The position numbers and the translations under genes are program-made. From assembly GCF_009914755.1 (NCBI RefSeq), contig NC_060935.1: a DNA stretch of 64,000 nt; one strand, 5' to 3'. The number at the start of each line of letters is the position of its first letter. The stretch's first letter is position 1. The stretch is from the human T2T-CHM13v2.0 reference genome, Homo sapiens. Of this stretch, positions 43,950-59,880 are shown one piece after another. The notes beneath the pieces are model-generated. The model was not told the DNA's origin, ran no database searches, and was given only the letters and a program-made list of their open reading frames with translations.

Positions 43950-44890
43950 TTAGTTGTAATCTAATTACAACTATTTTGTTAAAACTGTAAAAATTCTGAA
44001 CATCAGAGAAATAATATTATTGAAAATGACCACTCTTTGAAGGTTGATAGATGAATGTCTTCAAATTTTCCCTTTCAATGTCTCCTTCCCTTCATTCTAC
44101 ACACATGCCTAAGTCTTCATTATTCTAAAATTAAGAGGCAAAGCAAAACTTTCCTGCATCTTCCTTCTGGTTCGAGACATTATTTTCTCCATCTCCTTTC
44201 CTAACCTGAGAACTGCCATAGTTTTTATGGTACTAGTACAATGACTGATACACAAGAGGCACTCAAATATTTTCTTAATGAAGAAACAGCTTAAAATAAT
44301 TATCTGTTCTCTGACTTTCCTTCCTCACCACCTACTATTTAAACCCAAACAATCATATCTCTTATTTGTGGCAATCACTTTCTCAGAGTTTCTCCAGTGA
44401 GACAGTATGAGATGGTTGGGAGTGCCGGCTCCAAGACCAGATTGCCTGATTTAAAGATTAGTTTCAACACTCCCTTACCCTGGAATCTTGGACAAAGTTA
44501 CTAATATTGCTATAGCTTGATTACCTCCTTTGTATTATGGAAATTGTTGTATGGATTAAAAGATATGTAACATTGCGGACAATATTGATGACTTTTATAA
44601 TTTATATTAATAGGCAAATACACATATTGTAATCTTAAATTTCTAGTTGAAGTCTTACAAAATTCAAGTGAAAATGGCAGAACTTCAGCAGAAGTTGGCA
44701 GAACTTTAAATCAGCCAGATGTTAAAATTCTTTGTTCTTTCACATCTTGCCCAGAGACCAATTCAGGAAATTCTTATTTGAGCAAGAAAATACTTCAGTG
44801 GAAGATGGAAAAAAAAAAATAGCCTCAGCCAAGACAAAAGTGAAAGCACAAAAAAATTGTCCATCACAGCTGCCACATGGTTATAATACT

Positions 44891-45230
44891 TGTTAAATTA
44901 AATAAGCAGGAGGCCATTGCCTGAGGCTGTCTCTGTACTTTGAGTTCCTCTGTAGCAAACTGCAGCCTGACTTAGGAGTATATTTTTTGTAACAAATAGT
45001 GGAGTTTCAGCCAATCATAGGCAGCCAACTAATCAGAGTATACCCAAATAAGATAAACACCTAGCTGTAGGCAATCACATGATTCCTCTACTTTGTTTCT
45101 GTGTCCAACAAAATCTTGCTGCTCATGCTGCTGGGTGGAGCTCTCTGAACTTCTTGTTCTGGGTGCTGCCCAATTCGTAAATCATTCTTTGCTCAAATAA
45201 ATTCTGTTTATTTTCTGTTCTAAAGATACT
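44891..45230 (+). mobile_element. ERV1-class LTR fragment (subfamily not assigned)
   Basis: tgtta start, CCAAT boxes, gctgcccaattcgt...ctttgctcaaataaa near the end. Confidence 0.6.
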
Positions 45231-45244
45231 AAAAATAATATTCA

Positions 45245-45528
45245 GGCTGGGCGCGGTGGCTCACGCCTGTAATCCCAGCACTTTGGGAGGCTGAGGCGGG
45301 CGGATTACCTGAGGTTGGGAGTTTGAGGCCAGCCTGACCAACAAGGAGAAACCCTGTCTCTACTAAAAATACAAAATTAGCTGGGCGTGGTGGCGCATGC
45401 CTGTAATCCCAGCTACTCAGGAGCCTGAAGCAGGAGGATTGCTTGAACCCGGGAGGTAGAGGTTGTGGTGAGCCGAGATCATGCCATTGCACTCCAGCCT
45501 GAACAACAAGAGCAAAACTCCGTCTCAA

Positions 45529-45538
<10 letters not shown>
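45245..45538 (+). mobile_element. Alu (S-like) followed by (TA)n
   Basis: Alu consensus. Confidence 0.96.
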
Positions 45539-45559
<21 letters not shown>

Positions 45560-46076
45560 TTCAAATTAGATAAGTTATGTGAATATGCTTTATAACCATA
45601 AAGTGGTTATTATTAGTTTCCTTTGTAAATAAAACATCAACGATTTATGAGACCACATTAATGAAATTGCATGTCTAATAGACATCTCACATTTAACATG
45701 TTTGAAGCCTAACTCGTATTCCTTATTCCACCCCTACCTATTCTTTCCCATCTTAGTAATGGCAACACACTTTATCCAATTGTTTGAGCCAAAAATCTGA
45801 GTCACATTTGACTTTTTTTCTCTCGCTTACTGCAACCATCCACCAACACATCTTATTGGCTCAAGGTTCAAACTGTAAACATTTCTTGCCACCTCCACTG
45901 CTACCATCCTAGTCCAAGTCTGCCATCTCTGGTAACCTTAAAACTGTCCTTATTGTTTCTGGTCTTATCTCCTACAACCTAGTTTTCCCCACAACAACTA
46001 GAGGGTCTCTTTAAAGATTCAATAAAATTGTGTTACTCTTCTAATCAAAACTCTCAAATGGATTTCCCTCCATTGA

Positions 46077-46911
<835 letters not shown>

Positions 46912-47789
46912 CCCTACCTCACTCTATTCCAGCAACAGTGGTCTTGTGCTGTTCTTTGAGCACAACAGTATGATTCTGTCCTCACAGTCTTCTGTACTCA
47001 CAGACCCCTGTGCCCTTATTCTTCATCCAGATATTTGAATGGCAACCTCTTTCCTTCATTCAGACCTCTGTCCTAATTTCCCTTCCTTTGGGGCCTTTCC
47101 TGAGCACCCTCTCACAGATAGAACTGACATTGGTCTCTATCCCCCTTCACTATCCCACTTTCCATGTAGCACTTTTCACTACCCTAATATATTCTAGTGG
47201 GGAAGAAAAATAAATATAAGCTTCACGAACATAAGGACTTTGAAGTTTTATTCACTGTATCCCTAGCACCTGGAAAGTGCTTGGCACATAGTAGGTGCTC
47301 AATATATATTTCCTTAGCAAAAGAAGGAATTGTTTTATGGTTTTAAAGTGTGAAAGAATATAACATTGTATTTAATTCAGATGCCCCTTCTGATAAAAAA
47401 TAGGGATTTTAGGGTAACATTCTTCTTTACTGCTTGAATCACAACTGCCTTTCCTGTCAAGAGATGAAGTTGATAAAATCCTCAAATTTTTTATTATCCA
47501 AATATCTAATCCTAAAGCCTTTTTCCATAAATAACACTGACAAAAAAGTCATGACAAAATCAAGCATCATGATGTTCAGAGCCCCTTGGGCCCTGCCTTT
47601 CTATAAGAATCTAGGATTCTACAACTTAAATAGAATGTGGAAAACCCACTTAATATTTTGAAGAAATAAAGAAAGAATTTAAAGGTCGAAAAAACCTATG
47701 ATTAAAAAAACTGGCAACATTGTTTGAAATTTCTTTTCTTCTTGGTTGTTACCGTAAAACAATATTTGAATGAAGAATAATTATATAAG

Positions 47790-48687
47790 TCTAAACTGAA
47801 ATAAAATCCTAAGCCCCCACTGACTGAATAGACCCCCTCTTGGCCAAGGGGACCCTGGGAAAACCTTAAAACTGAGTTCCCAGCCATAATGGGATGGAAG
47901 GTCAGCTATGCCTCATTATATCCTCTTCCTGTTGTAGTTTGGACACAATTGACCAGGATTAACGTTAAAGTAGAGATCATTAGACTGACGGAACAGACAC
48001 TTGGTGGCAGTAAGATATCAAATTACAAATAGGACCTAAGGCCATGCCAGGCAAGGGTTAAGTCATGCACTCCTACACTTAAAGAATAAACTATGTTTAA
48101 CTTCCACAAGTTTTCTGTTTTTCTCTAGCAGCTAAACAAACACTGGCCTTGAGATAAGCAATAGTAAAACAATCGTAGCTCACCACCAGACACTGACTAA
48201 CTGACCCTCTGTTCCATAAGCCATAACTACAGCTTTGATTGGACAACAGACTGATTTCAATAACTTTCTCCTGATGAGAACATCACCAACCATGAGGTGG
48301 TTCTGGCCAGTTTAAGAGGACTGCTCACTTGAGTGCCTTTGTGTCCTAAAAAAAATTTAGACATAATAGGGCCTAATTGTAATGCAATTAAATGTTAAGT
48401 CTCCAGCCCAAAATGAACACGGGTCATATGTTACTGTTTGTTCAATATACATGCATCAGAACTACCTTCATAAATATTCATAGCTCCTCCTATATCCTAT
48501 AAATTATGTATGTTTAGCCAACTTTTCAGCATAAATCTCCTACCTCAACATCCCTCCTTCAAAGTACCTGCCTCTTTAGGCTTCAGTTGGAGGCACACTC
48601 CCAGCTTGTGGGATGGCCCTCCTTTCAGGCTGTAACCCTTTCCTCTCCTTTCTAGATTCATAAATTACGTGTTTTTTTAAGTTAACG
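47790..48687 (+). mobile_element. ERV1 solo LTR (MER4B/D/E-like)
   Basis: taaactgaaataaaatcctaagccccc...gaccccctcttggccaagggga...ccttaaaactgagttccc start. Confidence 0.75.
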
Positions 48688-49959
48688 TAAGAAAGGATTT
48701 ATAGGCAATTGAGAAACCAAATTATGCTTCTTAGTGCTAATATACCAAGCCACAAAGCAGTGAGATGCCTAGGACTTACGAGATCGCAAACTAATAATAT
48801 AGCAAAAGCTGGACTTCTGGAAAGCTAACCATGCCTAAATATTCCAAATAGCAACTCTAATATTCTCATATTCATCTGTACTTTGCACTGCCCTACTTTA
48901 CTCAGATCACCCATGGGGAGACAAACGTGTGATGACAGCAGTGGGAATAGAATCAAGGCCATTGCCTGTGGCTAGGCCAATTAAAAACTTGCCAAGATAG
49001 CCAAGTGTCCAGTTGTATACATTTAGCTTTTCATGTCAGAATTGTATATTTTATCCTGTTGGTATGCTTCTGAAGGAGAGTTCATGTGTTTTGTGTCTTA
49101 AATCGAAACTGGATTTGTTGTGGCACTTTAAAATCTGTCGCCAGTGTACATTCCAATTTGAGTCATTGCAACCAAGTTTGCAAAGATTGTTTTAAACAGT
49201 TTCAACTGGAAAAGTTTATTATTTGAAATCTTAAAATGAACAAATTAATTCACAAAGGCAGAGACATTTGAATGGTGGGTGAATAATCTTTATTTGGTCT
49301 GTACTTTCTGCTTCCAATCTGGGAATTTTTCCAAGAAAACACTGACTGAAATACAGTCAGAATTTATATATGCATTTACATTAGGCTCCAACAATAAGAT
49401 TCAGCCTTTTTCAAAACTGTCACTTGCATAGCCAATAAACTAGTGTCTCAAAAATCCATTTAATTTTCCATACTTCCCAAAACCATTTCAATGCGATGAT
49501 CTCTTTTGGCATATCTTCCCAAGAGATTGCTAGTTTTGCTGTGATGGTCCATTTCCAGAATCTGGCAGCAATGCGAGAACCATTAGGAGGCTTTGAAATG
49601 TAGACCTTCTAAGTAGGGCAAAGGCAAAGAAGACGACTGCAGAGGGAATGCCAGAAGCATTACCGAGTGGATGAGAGAATGCAGGGAAGGAAAATTTCCA
49701 CTTCACAAAGACATTTTAAAGAGACGGTGTTTGGGGATGATGATGCCACAGAAAGACTCACAACTCAAAATCTCACAACAGGATTCAGTAGTTTAACAAA
49801 TTCAACTCCAAATTGTCCCCCAGACAATCACTGCAGACTCCTCCCGGTGGCAATTGCCTGTATCTGAGGATTTTACATCTGTCTTTCGTCACTGTCGGTA
49901 CTGCCACAAAAACACTCTCATAAAAAGGGAGGCAGAACTGCATCAGGCTCTAAAACAAC

Positions 49960-50570
49960 ACTCAGCTCACCCCTCGCGCAACAACCCGGGTCCCTAGGGA
50001 TGCTTGGGTTGCCACCCGCCGCTCGAAGCTGGAGGGGCCGCCGGAGCCTGCGATTGGCTGCTTCGGGCACATCGTCCCGCCCCGACCTGTAGCTCCTCCC
50101 AGGTTTCCGTTGTCAAGGACGCGCCGTCGGTTGTTGTCAAGATGGCGGCTGCAGGGTTGCTGCCGCCCCATCTGCTATTGCCCGGCGAGGTCGCCGCTGC
50201 CTCAGCTGCCATCGCCGCTACAGGCACCAGTGCCGCTGCGCGGGAGCTAGGGCTGTCGAGGCCAACCCTTCCGCGCCCGTGACGCGGGGCCTGAGAGACG
50301 GAGTGTAGGGAGGGGCCGAGCAGGAGGAGGAGGAAGCCGGAGCTGCCATGAGGGAGGTTCTGGGGGCGAGCAGACAGGCGGCGCTGAAGTGAAGGATGCT
50401 GGCGGGGAGGCCCGGAACCCGGAGCGCGGTCGGGGAACTGGGCACTGAATCATCGGACAACCTCGACAGAGCCCCCCTCGGCCCTCGGGAGAGCGGCGGG
50501 CATCACCGACCTGGCTCTTACCTGTATCCTTCCCAGCCTGTGGCTGCCAGGGTAGCGATGTTGAAAACGG
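49960..50570. promoter_or_regulatory. CpG island / CEP126 promoter and first exon
   Basis: Only non-Alu GC- and CpG-rich tract in the window; inverted CCAAT (ATTGG 50053-50057), GC box (CCGCCC 50077-50082), YY1/TISU motif CAAGATGGCGGC (50138-50149). Confidence 0.9.
50396..50523 (+). CDS. CEP126: Centrosomal protein 126 (KIAA1377), coding exon 1 (MLAGRPGTRSAVGELGTESSDNLDRAPLGPRESGGHHRPGSYL)
   Basis: Recognised N-terminus; ATG 50396 in CpG island; ends CT|gtatcctt and joins in frame to 57754. Confidence 0.92.
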
Positions 50571-52138
50571 GGCCCATCTTTTTCCAATTAGATTCCCATT
50601 ACCTTTGACGCAGGGTGATCAAAACTAGCAAGTCATCTTAGTGCAGATATTTCCTTTAGCAACTGTCGTGTCTCACCTTAGACCTGAAATTATACCATTT
50701 TATCTAATTCTGTGGCTGCTTCCCCCCATCACCCTGTTATCCTACTCCCATTCTTCAACTTTGTAAAATTTTTGTGAATTTTAAAACACATCAACTGTGT
50801 ATTCTGTGGGGATATTTTTATGCCATTATGTTCTTTACTTACATATTAACTACTTCCTGATTTATCGTACTACTTGGAGAGAGAAATTACACAAATAAGT
50901 AAAATGTTTTGCTATCCTAAAGAGTCCGTTTTAACAGTTATCCTAACACAGCCCTAAATGCATTTACCAGAGCTGCTAAAGGCTACACAGTTTGGTAAGT
51001 TGTTTTGTTTTCCATCTCTGCCCAGTCTGTTGTCAGAGCGACAGAAAAGAGGAAATGAGAAACAGGGGACCTGGACGCTTTACAATCTGGATTAACTCTG
51101 ACTTTTCTCGAAGAGTTGGTTAAGCCTACCTTTGATGTTGCTGTTGGTTGCATTGTAGAAAATGGAAAGAGGAGAAGTATTTTGTTATCAAAATCTGTAA
51201 ATCAGGTTTATTCCTTTAGAGACTGTTGTGATGATTAGGATTTAACCTTTGTATTCCCAAAGGACTTGGTTGGCAATGATGGTGTTGTGTAATCATCTTC
51301 AGTCTTGTCAGAGATGAGTGTCTTCTCTTTCCAAGTTAACTCTGTTTTCTTATCCCCTTTGTCTCCAATTTCTAGGATGTTCTTTGTACTCTGTTACAAT
51401 TTTAGCAGCAAGTCAACAATTTGTATTGAGTGCCTGCTCTTTGGCTGACTCTGTTCTAGGTTCTAGGGATACAAATCTAGTGAGGAAGACAGATGTGTAT
51501 AGAGCTTCACTAAAAGTAAAATATCTCTTCTCCGATCATGCTTTCTGCAATCTTCCATCCCTTCAGTCTTTTCTTTCTTTGGGCAGGTTCTCAAAATGGT
51601 AGCTTGCAATAGCTGCTTCTAGTTCCTCTCATCTATTCATTATTAACCCCATTCAGTTTGGCTTTTGCCCTTGCTGCTCCCCAAAATTGCCCTCTTAAAG
51701 GTTACTCTGAAATGAACACAATCATTTTCTGTATGGATTTAATTCTGGCCTCTTGACATTATATTTTCTTGGACACAACTGCTATTACACGACCCTGATT
51801 TATCTCTAAATCAGAAAATAGGGAAGTATTGTAAATGGCTCATTGAGAGTGTATTTTCTGTTATTTTCATTAATAAAATGGTTGTAGGCCTCATTTTTTA
51901 AATTTTATGTGGTATAAATTTTTGATACAAATGCCAAAGAAAATATTCATAAATAGAATCCAGCAATACTTTGAATGAACACAACCAAATAGACTCTATT
52001 CCAGAATTAGAATGACATTTCCTATAAAGAAATACAACACTAAAAAAGATCCTTAAAGGCTAAATATATAGTTAAAATTAGGCAAGTTATAAATGAACAT
52101 TTTAATAGATGACCAATAGACTTTGATAAAATCCAACA

Positions 52139-52139
<1 letters not shown>

Positions 52140-52189
<50 letters not shown>
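52140..52189. repeat. (TG)25 microsatellite in CEP126 intron 1
   Basis: Direct reading. Confidence 0.97.
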
Positions 52190-52192
<3 letters not shown>

Positions 52193-53278
52193 GTTTATAT
52201 ATATTTTTGCTAGTTTGCATATGTGTGTATATATATGTTTAGATAATATATATTTAAATTGGAACAGAGGAATTATTTTTGAACATAATAAAGATTATAA
52301 CACTAAATCAAGAACATTATGTTTGCTAGCTGGAAAAACACTAAAGTACCTTTTATATAAGTTTAATTGGAATGTTCTTTGTGTCTATAATGTTTCCCAT
52401 TGGATACCTAGCACAGAGTAGGTGCTCAAATTTACATGACTAAATGAAAAAAAGGAAAGAAAGCAAATGAAAGGACCACAGCCTTAAAATAAGCAAGTAT
52501 GTGGTAACATTTACATTTCAATTTCAAATATGAACATGATACTCAGAGGCCATCTGGCTTTCTGTTGAAGACATTTTCTCACTGGAGTCAGAATTTTCTG
52601 ACTCTAAAGGTTATAAAACAACAAAACCTTATGAAGTTTATTTAATTAAAATTAGCTAAAGTTCTGTCATTTCAATCTCTTTTTCTCTTTTGAGAGTTCA
52701 AATAGAAATGGAATTTAAAAAAAAAAAAAAAAGGAAGGTCTCTCATGTCCCCTTATACCTGCCTTTTTTTCCTCATAAATATCTCTACCCTTCAACCCTC
52801 CCATTTTATCCTAGCACCCACCTTGCCTCTCCTTTCCTCTCCAGTTTATACCCTATTCTTAACTATTTGAACTTTCTCTCACCAACATCTTTGGCTATTT
52901 GTACCCCAATCATTCTGCCTCAGCCACTCAATAACTACTATAGTCCTGCTCCTTTACTCCTTCATGCGAATAATAAAAATGCTGTCAAAGAAAAATCACA
53001 AAACAATACAGATTGTACCACTAAAGATTGATGGTTTCCAGCTTCACCTAAACAGGAACAGGGTTCTTTCTTTTTCCTATGAATGCCTCTGCCAGGTCTC
53101 TGTCACCTTCCATCACACTCGATAGACTGTCTTACCACTTGATAAGACTTGGATGCCCTGACAGGTCTGTTCCAACAAACAGCACAAACACACACACTCC
53201 CACCCACCTGTCTTTTTTTCCCCCCAGGCTCACTGATGGGATCTTACTTTTACTATAGAAAGTGAAGTGAACCCATTC

Positions 53279-53577
53279 AGCTGGGCCCAGTGGCTCACAT
53301 CTGTAATCCTAGCACTTTGGGAGGCCGAGGTAGGCAGATTGCTTGAGTCCAGGAGTTCGAAACCAGCCTGGGCAACGTGGTGAAACCATATCTCTACAAA
53401 AAATACAAAAATTAGCTGTGTGTTGTGGTGCATGCTTGTAGTACCATCTACTTAAGAGGCTGAGGCAGGAAGATTGCTTGAGACTGCGAGGTGGAGGTTG
53501 CAGTGAGCCGAGATTATGCCACTGCACTCCAGCCTAGGCAACAGAGTGAGACCCTGTCTATAAATAAATAAATAAAT
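53279..53577 (+). mobile_element. Alu
   Basis: Alu consensus with (TAAA)n tail. Confidence 0.95.
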
Positions 53578-55717
53578 TGTATTTTGCTAATACATACATA
53601 ATAAAACATAGTTTTGTACCTTGTGTTTCTAAAAGGTACTGCCCCATGCTCATGAGATTTTGAAACTTAGGTACATAATACATTTCTAATGGCATATACT
53701 TTTGTATAACCCCCTTAGGAGCCAAGTTTTCTATAATGCACTAAAAGATATAAAAATGCATATGCCTTTTGTCCTCATATCTACCCCAGAGAATTTTCTC
53801 CAAGGGAATAATTCAGGAGGTTTTTATTAAATCATTACTATATTCTAAGAACCATGCCAGGCGTGAGAGTTACAGAAATGTAGAGAAGACACTTATCATG
53901 TACTCATGAAGGTGTCATCAAGTCATCTAGTGGAGGTTAGAAAAGGCTTCAAGGTAGAACGAACTGCTTGAGATGGCCCTGAAAGGATGAGTAGAGTTAG
54001 CCAAGCATGTGCCAAGAGATAATGGTATGATACATCACGGGTTGTTCTGTTTATAATTATCTTAGTGCGTCTGGACATAGGATTCATACAGGGAAATGTT
54101 AAGAAATAAAGTTGAAAAAACAAACTATATTATAGAATGGTTTATATATAGGTCCAAGAACTTTGGAATTTTTCATGAAGGTGATAGGGAGCTTTTGGAG
54201 AACAACAAAGAGAAACACAATCAGATTTGCATTTAGCTGACTTTGTGTAGGTTCAAATAGAGGTTTAGAGTAAGAAGAATTAGAGGAGCACTGTAGTCGT
54301 CCAAGCAAGGGATTTAGAGTACCTGAGTTAAGGGAGAGGAAGAAGGTACAGTAGAGGAAAAATCGAATCAACATAGCTTTAATAGATTTGGGGAAAAAAT
54401 GGGTTATATAATACATAGTTATTTGTGATGGCAACATTTTAAACAACCTAACTGGATAAAAGACTAAGTTGGGAGAGGAGAAGTGAGGATAGAGTGGGGT
54501 AGAATAAGCTATGCTTTAAAATCACATGTTACAATACATATTATTCTTGGTTTTGTTTTTTTAATGTTAAGTATATAAAAATTCCCTTCTTTTGGACAGG
54601 TATTTAGCAGTGTTTTTTTTATGGAACTCCTACCTTTACCATACAGCTTGTATAAAAAAACAAAATTTAACCAGCCATCTAATTTTTTTAAACTTGAATA
54701 CCATATTTGAAATGATACAAAAGCAGCAGGATTCTTTATATTAATAATTAATAATTCAGCAGGAAACATACTATACTATTATACTTATATATAAAGAAAG
54801 TAGAAAATCATTTGGTTAAATTGAAGACTATATAGTTGTCAGAACATTACAAACATTACATTTGTGATTTTCTTTATGCTGTCGTGATGAGACTTCAAAC
54901 ATGTCAAACAGAGAACAGAACTGTCTCCTCCTTGCTTCTCACTTAAGCCAAAGCATCTTCCTCCCCTCAACCTCATGTTGGCCCTGTGCACCCTGAAAGG
55001 AAGTTGCACTTTTCTTTACTGCCGAGTTGTCACTTTTAATACCTAGACATCTCGTTGAAGTCTGGCTCTTGTTAAAATATTCTATCAGAGAAAAACAGTT
55101 TTTCTGTGCTAGCAAAGAACCAAATTTTCTTCCCTTTTGGTTTGATTTTTATAAATCCTTTAAAAGAAATCTTTAAGTAAAAATATGTTTGTGAGTGTGT
55201 TTGGGTCTTTGTCTTGAAGTAGTGTAAAATTTTATTTAAAATGAAGGTAAAATGAATTATGGCCTATGGTATAAAGATGGTTAAATAGCAACACAAAAGA
55301 AAACAAATAAGCCCCCATCAGCAAAGGTCTAAACAACAAAATGTTCAAATAAACCTGTTATTCTGAAATATGTAATAATAGAGTTTCTTTATAATATTGA
55401 TGCTGAAGCACTATAGGATCCTGAAATTAACATGTTGAATTAACAAATTATGTACCGCATAGTTTATTATTGAGTGTATTTCTAGTATTCTGTTTTACCA
55501 TTAATAATCAATTTATGAGATTTTTACAATCTTGATTAAATGCAGCCTTTAAAGAGAATTTTGGACCTCCATCTTAGCGTAAAAAGTTTTTAAACAAGCT
55601 GTTTGTTCTAAAAAAGACAAATAGATATGCCCTACAATCTATAACTTCAGTATAATCTCATATATTTCTACATCTAATGATGAGGTACTAAATGTGATTA
55701 CACGGTAATTCAATGAA

Positions 55718-56018
55718 CTTTTTTTTTTTTTTTTGAGACAGAGTCTCGCTGTGTTGCCCAGGCTGGAGTATAGTGGCGTGTTCTTAGCTCACTGCAGACT
55801 CAACCCCCTCCAAGCTCAAGCGATCTTCCCACATCAGCCTCCCAAGTAGCTGGGGCTGCAGGCATACACCACCACACCTGGCTGATTTTTGCATTTTTTG
55901 TAGAGCCGGGGTTTCACCATATTGCCCAGGCTCATCTCAAACTCCTGGGCTCAAGCAGTCTGCCCACCTTGGCCTCCCAAATTGTTGGGATTACAGGTGT
56001 GAGCCACTGCGCCCAGCC
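55718..56018 (-). mobile_element. Alu (J-like)
   Basis: Alu consensus; TSD aatgaactt. Confidence 0.95.
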
Positions 56019-56537
56019 AAATGAACTTCTTTTAATTCAAAATCATTAAAAACAGAAGACTCATGAAAAACAGAAAATTACTCTGACAAATTTGATAAAG
56101 ATACTTAATAATGTCAATTAAAACGCAACTAAATAAATTGGAGAAATTACTCATATTGCTACAACTTATTTAAGGAGAGTTTAATTTTATAAAATAAATT
56201 TCAAGTGAATAGATGATTAGGATAACCAAAATATTCCTCTTTTTCTCTGACAAGCTTCTGGATACACAGATGACTATACATAGTTTTCCTAGTGGTTTTT
56301 TATAACCACTAAGTCACTAAGTAAATAACTAAACTGTATTCCTAACCATTCTAGTTATATTGCTATTTGATTGTTTAATATTTGAAAATGTACTTTCCTA
56401 CTATAGATTAAGGGATCTGGTGAAACATTTACTCCATCTACTTTCTATTAGTAAAATACAATCTTCTTATTTCATTTTCTTATATTCATGACTATGAGGG
56501 CAACTTGTTAGTAAGTACTCAAATATCTGTGTAATGA

Positions 56538-57195
<658 letters not shown>

Positions 57196-57244
57196 CTGAG
57201 CTCATGATTTCTAAAAGTAGATTTTTTTTCTCCAGGAAAAGTGA

Positions 57245-57573
<329 letters not shown>

Positions 57574-57753
57574 CCCGAATTTTTTTTACATAAAATGTTT
57601 GCCAGTCATATACTAATGTGGGCACATACTAATTATTCCACAAAAACTATCATTACATCATTTGCATGAGGCTGTAGTTATATTTATCATATAGCACTGA
57701 CAGTCATCCACTAAAGATGTAGACCATTGTTCTTAACTTAATGCTATCATTAG

Positions 57754-57873
57754 AGATATGAAAATCCATCTGGAGAAAAATTTAGAAGAAGAGCGCCAGA
57801 TATTACTGCAGCAACAAAAAATATGTCGAAATCGAGCACGTAAATATTTTGTGGAGTCAAATCGGAGAAAAAA
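57754..57873 (+). CDS. CEP126: CEP126 coding exon 2 (DMKIHLEKNLEEERQILLQQQKICRNRARKYFVESNRRK); gene continues beyond window
   Basis: cattag|A acceptor, AA|gtaagt donor, 120 nt, in frame with exon 1, coiled-coil-like composition. Confidence 0.92.
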
Positions 57874-58304
57874 GTAAGTAATTGCACTTTATTCAGAAGT
57901 ATAGAAATTCAAAGTCAATATAAAGTAATAGTTTCTCTACTTTGTAGCACTTTATGAAACTAAGTCATGGCAGTGTTATCTGTGAAACATTGATCAAGAT
58001 TTGTGTGGCTTTGTAAATTTTATTATTGTTTTCCTTCCCAAAGCACAAGGGTGGTGGTGTATTATCTAGGTCTCTGACAGTAGCAGTCTTTTTTTGTCAT
58101 AGAACAGCTTATTGCATTGTCATATACACTTCTTAAAATGACTATGAAATGTATTATCTTCTTTTTTTGTATCATTTCATGATTTCATGATGATTTTAAA
58201 ATTACCAATTAATATTTAGTCTTTTGGTATATAGTTTGAGTTTAATTTGTTATTCACTTCTATATAATTTTTCTATATCTGCCACTTTTCATTCGTTCAA
58301 TCTG

Positions 58305-58362
58305 AAAAATTGGAAAAAATATGAATAATGGTATAAAAATTGGAAAAATATGAATAATGGTA
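58305..58362. repeat. About 29-bp tandem duplication
   Basis: aaaaattggaaaaa(a)tatgaataatggta twice. Confidence 0.9.
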
Positions 58363-59487
58363 GCAATATGAATAACAGTAGAAGTGGTAGAAATGTTTTA
58401 TAAGTGAATGCTAGAAAAAGGAGCTTTCTAGGGTAAACTAGAAACTATAGTAAAGAAAAAGTACAAATTGTTCAATCACTGCTTAACATTTTTCAGGATG
58501 TTTTTTAAATATTAGGCTTTTTTTGAGACAGAGCAGTTATGCCATTTTTTAATTGTTGTTTTTGCTACCTTGTCCATATTTCTACAATATATGAATAGCA
58601 GAAAATCCCTAGACTTTATTAACTACATCACTGGGCATATGTTAACAAATCCCATTTGGGGAATAAAAAATTGTTTACCTGTAATTTTTGCCTGGCATTA
58701 TGTTTCTCTTCAGATTAACTTTTTTATTGTCTGATGTAGTTGAAATTATTTACTGAAATTTAGAATTTTATTTTGTATGCATAGGTTTCTGCTTTTCTCC
58801 TACCTTTGGGCTCCTGGCATCTATAAACGGCGTGTGACAGGTGTTCAGTAAAGATGAATAATCATATGTTGAAAGAGTAATGGACTTTGGAGTCAGAGAT
58901 CTAGGAAATACTAGCTCTATGAATTAAAGGATGTCTGTTTAATGTCTTTAAGCCTCAGTTTTCTCATTTATGATTGGAATTAATTACATCTATTTCAAGG
59001 GATTTTGGTGTAGAGCAGAAAGGGTAGAAATAAAGTGGAATATTTGAGAATACATGTAAAAATATCAGTGTCTGACACATAGGACTTCTTATTTTTTATT
59101 ATTAATGTTTATCAGTTGTTTATTTTACAATAATCAACTTTAATAGCAAGCCTTTATGGAATTTTATTAATAAATTTTCTATTTGTATTCTCTCATCAAA
59201 TGTAAGAATTCTTATGTAGAAAATAACAGAAAAGAAATCTTGGTTTAAAATTCTAAGAGGCAGGACATTTTCCAATACAATATTATTGTGTTTTATTTTC
59301 CGTTACCCTAAAGTGCAATGTAAAGATACATAAACATTTCTTTTAAAACACTAATCATTTGTCTCTGTATTTCACCTTTTATAAGGGGGCTGAATTATTT
59401 GTGCACATCCGAATTTCAGAAGCTGTCTATGATTATGGTCTTCTTAACCATGCCATTGTCTATCAATTTATACTTTACATCATTTAA

Positions 59488-59880
<393 letters not shown>

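Noticed and set aside
49962-50460. Several minus-strand ORFs in the CpG island
   Set aside because: GC-rich DNA lacks stops; no recognisable protein or splice support.
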